Source of the DNA: a bacterium
Lineage (GTDB): Bacteria; Patescibacteriota; Saccharimonadia; Saccharimonadales; SZUA-47
DNA length: 64,000 nt
Assembly (NCBI GenBank): GCA_030428125.1
Contig: JAUIBF010000001.1
Location: 298,383-362,382, forward strand
Reading direction: 5' to 3'
A program made the translations under genes and the position numbers. Shown in pieces: positions 7,454 through 15,507 of the stretch (its first letter is position 1; each line of letters starts with the position of its first letter). The notes beneath the pieces are model-generated. The model did not search any database and was not told the origin of the DNA. It saw nothing but the letters and a program-made list of their open reading frames with translations.

Positions 7454-9823
7454 TTAAATATATTCCTTCTTAGCTGCATACTGGAAGGCGATAAATCCTG
7501 GCAAGATTGGTAGCCAGTACGTGAGCAATCTATAGAGTAGAGTAATAGATAATGCGTCTGCCGCTGGTAGGCCGGTAGCTGTGAGGGCGGCTGTTAATCC
7601 TGCTTCTGCACCACCTATGCCCCCGGGAGTCGGAGTAACTGAGGCCGTTGTTATTCCCACGGTAAACACTAACAATATTTGCAAAGGCGACAGGTCTGCG
7701 CCTAGTGCAAGACTACTAACGTACAGGGCCCCCACATAACTTAGAGTAATGAAAACTGAAGAAATGTAACTGCCAAAAAGCCTAGATGGATGTTCACGAT
7801 ATTCTGCGAACGTTTTAACCATCTCATGCGCAATTTTAATAATCTTTTTTCTTATTGCTGGCACTAAATAGACAATACAGATGGCAGCGAACAAACCTCC
7901 TGCAGCAACATACCAAACTACCTGAGGCACGTTCACATCTACGCTCAGGACGTCCTTGAAACTGGTAGAAGAGAACATAACGGCAACGATTAAAAGCGAC
8001 ATATGTCCAACAAAGCCCATTATATTGTTAATCCCGGCAATAGATCCTGCCTGCAATAGATTATGACCATTCTTTGTCAAAAATCTGGTGTTTACAGCAA
8101 GCCCTCCGGCCCCAGCAGGTGCCAGTTTGCTAGCAAAACTGCTAGCTATTTCTATTAGAAGCATTTTCATGAAGCTTATCGGATAAAAGGCAAGTGCTTT
8201 GTATGCAAATGATGCTCCGACATAAGTAAGGAAAGAGAATATAGCACCCAGAATCACATATAAGTAGTTTGCATCACGCAGTGCAGACAGTGAGTCTCCA
8301 AAGGCATCTATTCTCGGAATCATGAAGGCGAAACCAAGCAGCACAGCAGAAACCATTAGAATACCTTTTAGACTAACCCTTTGGATTTTTAATGGCTTAA
8401 CTTTTTTAAGCTTCGTAACTTTTACGACCTCTTTATGTAGTTTGTCCAACAGGCCTTTTTGCTTTTTTAGTTCTTTGGTTGTCGCCGATGACACAATTGC
8501 ATATGAGAGATACTGGGAAGTTTCTTTTAGGTCATCAATGCTGAGTACACCCAGAGCACTTTTAACAGCTCGCTCAACCCCAATCAGTGTACTTAAAGAG
8601 CATAGTAGTTCTGCGCGATCACGATTCTTAGATTCATGGGGCATAGAAGCTTCGGCGAATCCGAAGTCTATAATCCAAGGTCTATTTTTACTGTCTAGAA
8701 AAATATTTGCACATCTTAAGTCGCGGTGAATAATATTGGCATTATGCATTTTATCAATCTCTACCCAGATTTGTTTTATCACTGAATCATTTATGCTTTT
8801 TGGGTTCACACTATCCAGGGATTTTCCTTCAAGTGCAGTTTGAGCAAACGCCCAGCGATCTTTATCAGTTTCAAAAATTGCTACAGGTCTCGGGCTCCTT
8901 ATCCCTGCCAATACTGCTTGACCCGAAACGTAAGCTTCATGTTCTAGTTGTCGCTTAGGATTAAGGAATGGAGTTTCGTCTTCCAGACGACGGTAGATTA
9001 TTTTTCGCCATGTTTTGAATAACCAATCTGCAATATTATTGTCCTTCCCGACTATCTTTATAAACAAGTCATCACCTTTTTCAATTTTTGCATAATATGG
9101 CGTGGAGCCACGTGCATCTACGTTTAATACAGTAACCGATTTAACGGCGTAGCCAATTTCTTTCAGCTTTTGTTTTACCACTTTCGGTGCTACCGGGTTA
9201 TATTTTCTAGAGCCTATTGTAAAATTGACAAGTCCACCCCAGAAAATACCAATAGCAAAACCACCTACCAAATCAAGTGGTAGATGAACTCCTAGATATA
9301 GACGTGAGATCATTACTAAGACAGCTAAAATTGTAATCGGTCTATGCCAACGTTTTGGTAGGTACTGATAAAGAATTATTGCGAGTACAGTAGCGATTGC
9401 TGCATGTCCAGAAGGGAAACCCAAAGTCCCATCAGATGCTTCGCGTACGGCTGTATCTTCAAGCAGATTTCCAGGACGCGCTCTAAAATCAAACTGCTTT
9501 AGGCCGTACGCTGTAATATATGCACCAATGCTACCTATGAAAACTTTTAATGCTCCTGCATAATGGCGCTTAGCCATAAAAACTAAGCCTACAAAAAGCG
9601 CGAATCCGATTGATCCTAAAATCGATATTGCAACGAATGCAGCCTCAAAACGATGTCCAAAATAGTTAAAGAATCTAAATAGCGCCTCTTCGGTTTTCCC
9701 TGTGCCGGCCTTAACAATCAGCATTGAGAGCACAAATAGCAACACTCCAAAAATCGAGTAAGTGATGTAAACTGGATTACGATAAGCAGCTTTACGGTTT
9801 TTTATACCGGTCAAAATTCCCAA
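7454..9823 (-). CDS. three-domain membrane protein: intact PAP2 + eukaryotic-like kinase + LPG_synthase_TM/UPF0104 flippase-like domain
   Basis: 789 aa with a TTG start preceded by gggagaag. PAP2 motifs are intact (KQFDFRARP, PSGH, SRLYLGVHLPLD). Kinase motifs are FIKIVG, HRDLRCANIFL and IIDFGF. The C-terminus carries TPTPGGIGGAEAGL...LLYRLLTYWLPILPG. The stop TAA abuts the ATG of the downstream paralog. Confidence 0.9.
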   Translation of the reverse strand: MGILTGIKNRKAAYRNPVYITYSIFGVLLFVLSMLIVKAGTGKTEEALFRFFNYFGHRFEAAFVAISILGSIGFALFVGLVFMAKRHYAGALKVFIGSIGAYITAYGLKQFDFRARPGNLLEDTAVREASDGTLGFPSGHAAIATVLAIILYQYLPKRWHRPITILAVLVMISRLYLGVHLPLDLVGGFAIGIFWGGLVNFTIGSRKYNPVAPKVVKQKLKEIGYAVKSVTVLNVDARGSTPYYAKIEKGDDLFIKIVGKDNNIADWLFKTWRKIIYRRLEDETPFLNPKRQLEHEAYVSGQAVLAGIRSPRPVAIFETDKDRWAFAQTALEGKSLDSVNPKSINDSVIKQIWVEIDKMHNANIIHRDLRCANIFLDSKNRPWIIDFGFAEASMPHESKNRDRAELLCSLSTLIGVERAVKSALGVLSIDDLKETSQYLSYAIVSSATTKELKKQKGLLDKLHKEVVKVTKLKKVKPLKIQRVSLKGILMVSAVLLGFAFMIPRIDAFGDSLSALRDANYLYVILGAIFSFLTYVGASFAYKALAFYPISFMKMLLIEIASSFASKLAPAGAGGLAVNTRFLTKNGHNLLQAGSIAGINNIMGFVGHMSLLIVAVMFSSTSFKDVLSVDVNVPQVVWYVAAGGLFAAICIVYLVPAIRKKIIKIAHEMVKTFAEYREHPSRLFGSYISSVFITLSYVGALYVSSLALGADLSPLQILLVFTVGITTASVTPTPGGIGGAEAGLTAALTATGLPAADALSITLLYRLLTYWLPILPGFIAFQYAAKKEYI

Positions 9824-9890
9824 TTACTTCTCCCAAACTTTCAGTAATTGTAGCATGCAAATTACCCTAACACTAGTGAGGATAATTGTG

Positions 9891-9928
9891 AAAACAAAAA
9901 ATCCCCAGCATCGATTTGCCAGGGATTT
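9891..9928 (-). terminator. putative intrinsic terminator after the LysM-CHAP gene
   Basis: On the minus strand, a 7-bp stem aaatccc/gggattt (9899-9905 with 9922-9928) is followed by ttttttgtttt. Confidence 0.5.
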
Positions 9929-9946
9929 GTATGTTTATTTTACTCC

Positions 9947-10753
9947 TTAATATATATAGCGAAAATAATTCGCCGGTAAAGTCCTTACTGTTTTTACGTA
10001 CAGACCTTTGTGGTTCATCTCTGAAATTGTTACGGTTCCATCGGAATTCACGCTTTGTACGTATACAACGTGGTTACCCCGTTGGCCAACAGCACCCGCT
10101 CGTGGTTTAGTACCTACGGCCATCCCTTGAGCTGCAGCACGAGAGTACCAGCTGTATGCGTTACCCAGATTATTAGGTAAGTCGGGGCGCATATTTTTTA
10201 CGTACCATGTGCAGTAACCTGCAACATATCTATTGCCAGCAGAACTACCCCTGCTTACAGTAGTGGTTGATTTAACATTAGCTATTGGAGAGGATTGTCT
10301 GGTAGAGCCAGAACTTGCTGATCTAGTGGTTGCAGTTGCTTCAGGTTGTGGCACATTCCGCTCCTCAACATCCTCACTTGCTTCAGGAATAATTAGTTCA
10401 TCCCCAGGGTTTATGACATCTGGGTTTTCAATGGTAGTATTTTTGTCGAAAATCCTTTTCCAGGTGGTTTCATATTTTTTAGCAATACTTGATAAGCTCT
10501 CAGACTCTCTAACCTTGTGCTTAATCACATCAGCATTCTCTTGAGCAGAATCTTCAGCTGTTTCTTCAGAATTTTCACTTATCTTTTCGACATTGATTAT
10601 GTCATCGGCTGTTATATTTTGGGTAAGCAGAGCAAGCTCTACTCCAGACTCTTTAATTTTTAAAGTACTGTTAGTGCTAGCATCGGCTTTAGAGCCGCTT
10701 GCAGCAATAATTAGGGTACACGCCAAAACACCCGTAATAACGGATATACGCAT
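9947..10753 (-). CDS. secreted peptidoglycan hydrolase, LysM + CHAP domains
   Basis: Signal peptide MRISVITGVLACTLIIAASGSKA. LysM-like segment SLSSIAKKYETTWKRIFDKNTTIENPDVINPGDELIIP. C-terminal CHAP-like region with CTWYV ... GNHVVYVQSV ... ISEMN. Confidence 0.88.
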   Translation of the reverse strand: MRISVITGVLACTLIIAASGSKADASTNSTLKIKESGVELALLTQNITADDIINVEKISENSEETAEDSAQENADVIKHKVRESESLSSIAKKYETTWKRIFDKNTTIENPDVINPGDELIIPEASEDVEERNVPQPEATATTRSASSGSTRQSSPIANVKSTTTVSRGSSAGNRYVAGYCTWYVKNMRPDLPNNLGNAYSWYSRAAAQGMAVGTKPRAGAVGQRGNHVVYVQSVNSDGTVTISEMNHKGLYVKTVRTLPANYFRYIY

Positions 10754-10990
10754 TCTTAGATTGTCTCCTTTTTCTTGACTACTTATCTGTGAGTGTCATT
10801 AGTAATATTTGGTTCTCGCAGATTTTTGCACAATTTTTGCCTCACACACAAAAGTGCAGGCTTATTATGCTACACACCAGACCCTCTACACGTCAATAGA
10901 GCCTGTGGATAAGTTTGCATGTAACAGATATCACAGACAGCAAAAATTGGGCATTATAGACTGATTTTAGAACTAAAAGAAGGGATTTTT

Positions 10991-11320
10991 ATGGCTAAGT
11001 TTATTATGATTTACAAAGGGCAGGCGACGGACATGCCACAAATGAGCTCAGAGCAGCAGCAAGAAGTTATGGAGGGCTGGAAGGCGTGGATGGGTAATGT
11101 TGGTTCAGCATTGGCAGACGTTGGCTCGCCGTTCGGTGGTGGAATATCGGTTATTGACGATGGGTCAACTGGGGATGTCTCTCCCCTGACAGGCTACTCC
11201 ATAGTAGAAGCAGGTAATTTGGATGAGGCAAAAGGATTATGCGAAGGCCATCCATTCCTAAGTGAAGGAAAAGGTAATTTTTCAATAGAATTGTACGAAT
11301 TGATGGCTGTACCTTTTTAA
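10991..11320 (+). CDS. YciI/DGPF-like small protein
   Basis: 109 aa. The pattern MAKFIMIYKG...W..WM...G..L.D.G.P...GYSIVEAGNLDEA....EGHPFL is typical of YCII-related proteins. Confidence 0.6.
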   Translation: MAKFIMIYKGQATDMPQMSSEQQQEVMEGWKAWMGNVGSALADVGSPFGGGISVIDDGSTGDVSPLTGYSIVEAGNLDEAKGLCEGHPFLSEGKGNFSIELYELMAVPF

Positions 11321-11375
11321 TAAAAATTGACAAGGGTGGTATTATTAACGTATTAAGTGATTTAGGAGGAAAGGT

Positions 11376-12029
11376 ATGTTTTTATTAGCTACTGGGCTCA
11401 TCTTGCTCGGTGGATTCACTGCTCTATTAGGGCAGAGATTATTTAGGATACTACTACCAATTGCTGGTTTAGTGGTCGGAGTTATGGTGGGATTTGGTGG
11501 TGTGCAAGGAGTATTCGGCAAAGGAGCAATCAGCTTATCTATCGCAATATTGATGGCCATCATTGTTGGCGTGATTATGGCAGTCTTGTCTTTTGCATTT
11601 TATGACCTAGCAGTTGTAGTGCTGATGGCTATGTTGGGTGCGTCTGCACTTACATACTTAGGGATTGCAATCGGTCTAGAGAATAACGGATTAATTCTGT
11701 TCCTGCTTGGCCTAACTGGTGCTGTACTTGGAATAATTTTGTCAGCAGGTTCGGCACTGTCAGTGAGTTTGGTATTTGCTGCAACAGCTTTTTTAGGAAC
11801 TGCATTAGTAATGGCTGGCGTACTACTTATTGTCGGTGAGGTCTCAGTTGACCAGCTGCACGATGAAGGTATTATCGCCTCGGTTATAGAAACAGTCGAT
11901 CAGTCATTTATATGGTTCTTTGTTTGGCTAGCTGGCTCCATTGCGGCCCTGTACGGCCAAATGGCGATTGCAACGAATGAGTTTATGACAGACGCTTATG
12001 AATTTAGTGAAAAGAAAGGAAAGAAATAA
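11376..12029 (+). CDS. hypothetical polytopic membrane protein (Gly/Ala/Leu-rich helices)
   Basis: 217-aa ORF preceded by aggagga, with about 6 TM helices. The family is not confidently recognised. Confidence 0.6.
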   Translation: MFLLATGLILLGGFTALLGQRLFRILLPIAGLVVGVMVGFGGVQGVFGKGAISLSIAILMAIIVGVIMAVLSFAFYDLAVVVLMAMLGASALTYLGIAIGLENNGLILFLLGLTGAVLGIILSAGSALSVSLVFAATAFLGTALVMAGVLLIVGEVSVDQLHDEGIIASVIETVDQSFIWFFVWLAGSIAALYGQMAIATNEFMTDAYEFSEKKGKK

Positions 12030-12349
12030 TGGCTAAGAAAACTAATAAAAAAGTAGTTGGAATCAAATCATCCACGCTAGCACTTTTTGAAGGTACGTTC
12101 GCAGGTATTGTCGGATTAGGTGTTGCGATTCTACACAGTCTTAACACTACTGTTGATGTGGCGAACGAAACACAGAGTGTATTGAGTGGTATGGCATTTG
12201 GTTTGGCAACCGGAATTGTTGCTGTTTTAGTTTTACCGCTAATCTACTTTGGTATCGGTTGGGTTTTTGGATACATCCATGGATTCATCTTCAACGTTGT
12301 TGCTGAAACATCCGGTGGGTTACTAATTCGCTTAGAAGACGATAAGTAA
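12029..12349 (+). CDS. small membrane protein
   Basis: 106 aa. The start overlaps the upstream stop (TAATG), and there are two hydrophobic helices. Confidence 0.5.
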   Translation: MAKKTNKKVVGIKSSTLALFEGTFAGIVGLGVAILHSLNTTVDVANETQSVLSGMAFGLATGIVAVLVLPLIYFGIGWVFGYIHGFIFNVVAETSGGLLIRLEDDK

Positions 12350-12361
12350 GACTACTAACTT

Positions 12362-12398
12362 AAAAAACGAGCAGACTTTACTTTTCTGCTCGTTTTTT
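12362..12398. terminator. bidirectional intrinsic terminator between convergent genes
   Basis: aaaaaacgagcag (12362-12374) pairs with ctgctcgtttttt (12386-12398). The A-run and T-run flanks allow it to work on both strands. It overlaps the last codons of the K+ channel gene. Confidence 0.6.
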
Positions 12399-12680
12399 AA
12401 TGCGACGCTTTACTAGATTGCCCCCGTAGTAGCTAATTATTCCGGCCCCAATTGCTACACCTATAATGATAAACAAGGCTGTAATTAGCCTGGTGGTGTC
12501 AGTAGTCGGGGTTAGGTCTCCATATCCGACAGTCGTAATGGTCACGATAGTAAAATAGAAGCTTTGAACCCAGGTCCAATCTTCTAAATAGTGAAAAATG
12601 ACTGTCCCGAGCGAAATCAAGGACAGAAGTAAGCTAAAAGTGGTTATAATTACTGTATTACGTGCGATTTTCTTCTGCAT
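12378..12680 (-). CDS. minimal two-TM potassium channel (pore-only)
   Basis: 100 aa arranged as TM1, a pore helix with the canonical TVGYGD filter (TITTVGYGDLTP), then TM2. There is no cytoplasmic regulatory domain. Confidence 0.9.
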   Translation of the reverse strand: MQKKIARNTVIITTFSLLLSLISLGTVIFHYLEDWTWVQSFYFTIVTITTVGYGDLTPTTDTTRLITALFIIIGVAIGAGIISYYGGNLVKRRIKKRAEK

Positions 12681-12715
12681 GAGGTATAGTTTAGCACAAG
12701 GAGAGCGAGGACGTT

Positions 12716-13813
12716 TTGACTAACAAGAAAAACCACAAACGAACATCCCCATTAGTCTGGGGCCTAACAATTAGTGCAAGCCTAATTTTAGGGTTAATAT
12801 TTCTGAAACCATACTTGGCGGTGACAATTCTGGGGCTATTATTAGCTTTCGTATTTTTCCCGATATATGAATATTTAAGAAAGAAGCTTAACTCCCAGTC
12901 TAAAGCAGCTTGGCTTACGACGATAATCTCGTTCCTTATTGTTGGAATTCCAGTAGCTGTAATATTAACTATTACTGCCGCACAAGCAATAAATTTAATA
13001 GATGACTTGGCAGGAAACAGTATAGAGGTAATCGAGGGGAAAGGTTTCGATCAAGCCGTTGAAGACTTAGCTGAGTCGACTAATCAAAAAATTGAAGCTT
13101 GGTTTGGTTTTAAAGAGGCGATTGAAACCGAAAATGTAAAAAGCTTCGTTGAATCAACAATACCAGAAGTTCTTCGGACGATTTCTAACTCGATTATCGG
13201 AATCGTTAGCGGGATACCAACATTCTTCACATTATTAATAATTTATTTATTTGTTTTTGTATCCGGGCTAGTTAATGGCAAAAAACTGAAAAAAACTATT
13301 CAGCAAATAAGCCCATTCGATAAGGAAACTAACAAATTGTATCTCGATCGTCTGGGTGCGATGGCTAAAGCCATGATAAAAGGACAATTTTTAATCGCAA
13401 TCGCACAAGGGTTGGAGAGCGCAGCAGTACTATCGTTGTTTGGTTTTGCTGATTACTTCTTATTTTTCGCTGTTGGATTTACGTTCCTGTCATTCATACC
13501 TTTAGGTGCTGGAATAATTACAATCCCTCTAGGAATACTAATGATATTGCTTGGTAATATATGGGGTGGAATTGTCGTACTCCTAAACCACTTCTTAATT
13601 GTTACAAACATTGACAATTACATACGACCTAAGGTGGTTCCAGATAATGCTCGCTTACCGGCGGCACTAACTATTTTAGGTGCTTTTGCTGGCGTGTCAT
13701 ATTTCGGATTTCTTGGGGTGATTTACGGACCTATGATTATGATATTCATCATGACAACTATTGAGTCTTACATAAAATACAAAGAAAGGCTGGAGAAGAG
13801 CAGTGCCCAGTAA
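12716..13813 (+). CDS. AI-2E family transporter (PerM/UPF0118)
   Basis: 365 aa with a TTG start. The topology is typical, and the C-terminal segment PLGAGIITIPLG...NHFLIVTNIDNYIRPKVV matches the family. Confidence 0.8.
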   Translation: MTNKKNHKRTSPLVWGLTISASLILGLIFLKPYLAVTILGLLLAFVFFPIYEYLRKKLNSQSKAAWLTTIISFLIVGIPVAVILTITAAQAINLIDDLAGNSIEVIEGKGFDQAVEDLAESTNQKIEAWFGFKEAIETENVKSFVESTIPEVLRTISNSIIGIVSGIPTFFTLLIIYLFVFVSGLVNGKKLKKTIQQISPFDKETNKLYLDRLGAMAKAMIKGQFLIAIAQGLESAAVLSLFGFADYFLFFAVGFTFLSFIPLGAGIITIPLGILMILLGNIWGGIVVLLNHFLIVTNIDNYIRPKVVPDNARLPAALTILGAFAGVSYFGFLGVIYGPMIMIFIMTTIESYIKYKERLEKSSAQ

Positions 13814-14306
13814 ATCACACCAACAAAACTTCACAATTACTCGCAGTATGAAACCTATTAAGTACGAAGTATTGTCGGTTGTACTGATAAGTGATGCTTT
13901 ATTTGTATTTCTGGTTCTATTGTTAATAGGTCTTCGAAATGCACTAGGTCTTGATGCGACACTAGCGGCTCTGCTAATAACTATCTTTGTATTTAAGTCA
14001 TTACTTACAGTTTACGGTGTATATAAAATGCTACAAGGCTGGCTAGGTGTTACATACTATGTAATGAATGGGCAGTTGTTTATACAAAGTAACATCAGGA
14101 GCAGGGAAAGCAGTGGGAGATATCTGAGTGAGCTTAGAAACGCATTTGTAGATCAATCATATCGAGGCTTCAAAAGTCAGGACTATGGTGCTGTTAAGTT
14201 AGAATTCGCAAGTGGCGCATCAGTCGAGAAAGTCACGCTAGTAGGTGTAGATAGTCCAAACATAGTCGCGAAAAAACTTCTCAGCATGTCTAAAAATGAT
14301 AAGTAA
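13803..14306 (+). CDS. membrane protein with possible bacterial PH-like C-terminal domain
   Basis: 167 aa with two TM helices followed by a beta-rich soluble domain. It overlaps both neighbours, which suggests an operon. Confidence 0.45.
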   Translation: MPSKSHQQNFTITRSMKPIKYEVLSVVLISDALFVFLVLLLIGLRNALGLDATLAALLITIFVFKSLLTVYGVYKMLQGWLGVTYYVMNGQLFIQSNIRSRESSGRYLSELRNAFVDQSYRGFKSQDYGAVKLEFASGASVEKVTLVGVDSPNIVAKKLLSMSKNDK

Positions 14307-15108
14307 AAATCCAGTAAAATTCGGAGTTCAAGTCTTTACGATACTTATTAGGGTAGGCGTAGTACTACTGTTGATTTATATAGGATATTCGGTCTATAAA
14401 ATTTTATTAGAAGGTATTTTTGGAAGTGATTACATACTCCCGGCAATTGCAATTTGGGTGTTTACAGCCTACATAGTTTTACCTAGAATTCACAGACTGC
14501 TGACAAAACTCTACATACCAGACTATTACATTGGTAGAACGAGGACTGGAGATGGTCTGTATGGAGATCCTGTTAATATTGCATTCTACGGTTCTAAAAA
14601 AGAAATAATTAACTCCATGAAACAGGCAGACTGGCATCAAGCAGCAGAGTTAAGCTTCGCCTCTAGTGTGAAGATGACTGTATCGACTTTAATTAAAAAA
14701 AGCTACCCTGATGCACCGGTAAGTTCACTGTATCTATTTGGTCGCAAACAGGATATGGCTTTTCAGCAAGAATTAAACAATAACCCTCACTCTAGGCATC
14801 ATGTTAGGTTCTGGAAAGTGCCCGACGGATGGAGGTTACCCGGTGGGCACGACGCGGACTGGTTAGCAGCTGCCAGCTTTGATACAAATGTAGGTTTGTC
14901 ATGGTTTACATTCCAAATTACTCATAAAATCGATGAAAATATTGATGAGGAAAGGGATCATATAATAGACACCCTGAAAGTTGCCGAACAGGTTGCATCT
15001 GTAGAGTTGGTTGAGAATTTCACCACAGCGTACCACTCGAGGAATGGAGGAGGTGATATGGTTAAAACAGATGGCACAATGCCGTTTATAAAGTTAAATT
15101 CTAACTAA
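14296..15108 (+). CDS. LssY C-terminal-like domain membrane protein
   Basis: 270 aa with two N-terminal TM helices. GDPVNIAFYGSKKEI and SRHHVRFWK resemble LssY_C family conservation as I recall it. Confidence 0.5.
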   Translation: MISKNPVKFGVQVFTILIRVGVVLLLIYIGYSVYKILLEGIFGSDYILPAIAIWVFTAYIVLPRIHRLLTKLYIPDYYIGRTRTGDGLYGDPVNIAFYGSKKEIINSMKQADWHQAAELSFASSVKMTVSTLIKKSYPDAPVSSLYLFGRKQDMAFQQELNNNPHSRHHVRFWKVPDGWRLPGGHDADWLAAASFDTNVGLSWFTFQITHKIDENIDEERDHIIDTLKVAEQVASVELVENFTTAYHSRNGGGDMVKTDGTMPFIKLNSN

Positions 15109-15475
15109 TACTTCTAGTAATTTTATGAATCCTATCGTGGTTTAATCCGTAAAAATGAGCAACTTCGTGCCAGACCGTTTCGTAGATTTGTCTTTTTAGT
15201 GACTCTTCATCCTTATAAATTTCTACCATTGGATATCTAAATATTGTGATTACATCAGGCACTTTAGAATACACGGCTCCATTTCTGGAAGGCAAAGGCA
15301 CGCCCTCATATAGTCCAAATAGCGCATCGCATTTCCTTAACCCTAGTTTATCTCTTTGTTGTTTAGAGGGTTCATCCTCAACAACGAAATTAATCTCGGT
15401 TATTTTGGAGTTGTACGGCTCGGGTACGTTATTAATTGCTTCGGAAACAATATTTTCGAATTCTTCGTAGTCCAT
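15101..15475 (-). CDS. Zincin_1-type metallopeptidase-family protein
   Basis: HEVAHFYG (HExxH) in a small acidic protein. The ORF-track start at 15481 is TTG; the ATG two codons in (15475) is more likely. Confidence 0.7.
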   Translation of the reverse strand: MDYEEFENIVSEAINNVPEPYNSKITEINFVVEDEPSKQQRDKLGLRKCDALFGLYEGVPLPSRNGAVYSKVPDVITIFRYPMVEIYKDEESLKRQIYETVWHEVAHFYGLNHDRIHKITRSIS

Positions 15476-15507
15476 TACCAATATTATGGCATACTGCCAT
15501 AGGTAAA

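Noticed and set aside
8322-8729. Long antisense ORFs inside well-supported genes. Examples: 8322-8729, 40787-41299, 47640-48050, 16565-16831, 17659-18033, 62190-62786 and 63108-63566.
   Set aside because: Each lies opposite a gene with clear family motifs. Their translations are low-complexity (Ser/Leu/Pro-rich) with no motifs, as expected for stop-poor antisense frames.
9916-10110. 64-aa plus-strand ORF overlapping the 3' end of the LysM-CHAP gene and its terminator.
   Set aside because: It is antisense to the conserved CHAP domain, has no SD and contains no motifs.
10754-10990. A cyclic-di-AMP (ydaO-type) or other riboswitch in the long leader of the LysM-CHAP hydrolase gene.
   Set aside because: I could not recognise the conserved pseudo-two-fold ydaO core or any strong nested helices by eye. 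It should still be covered by an Rfam scan.
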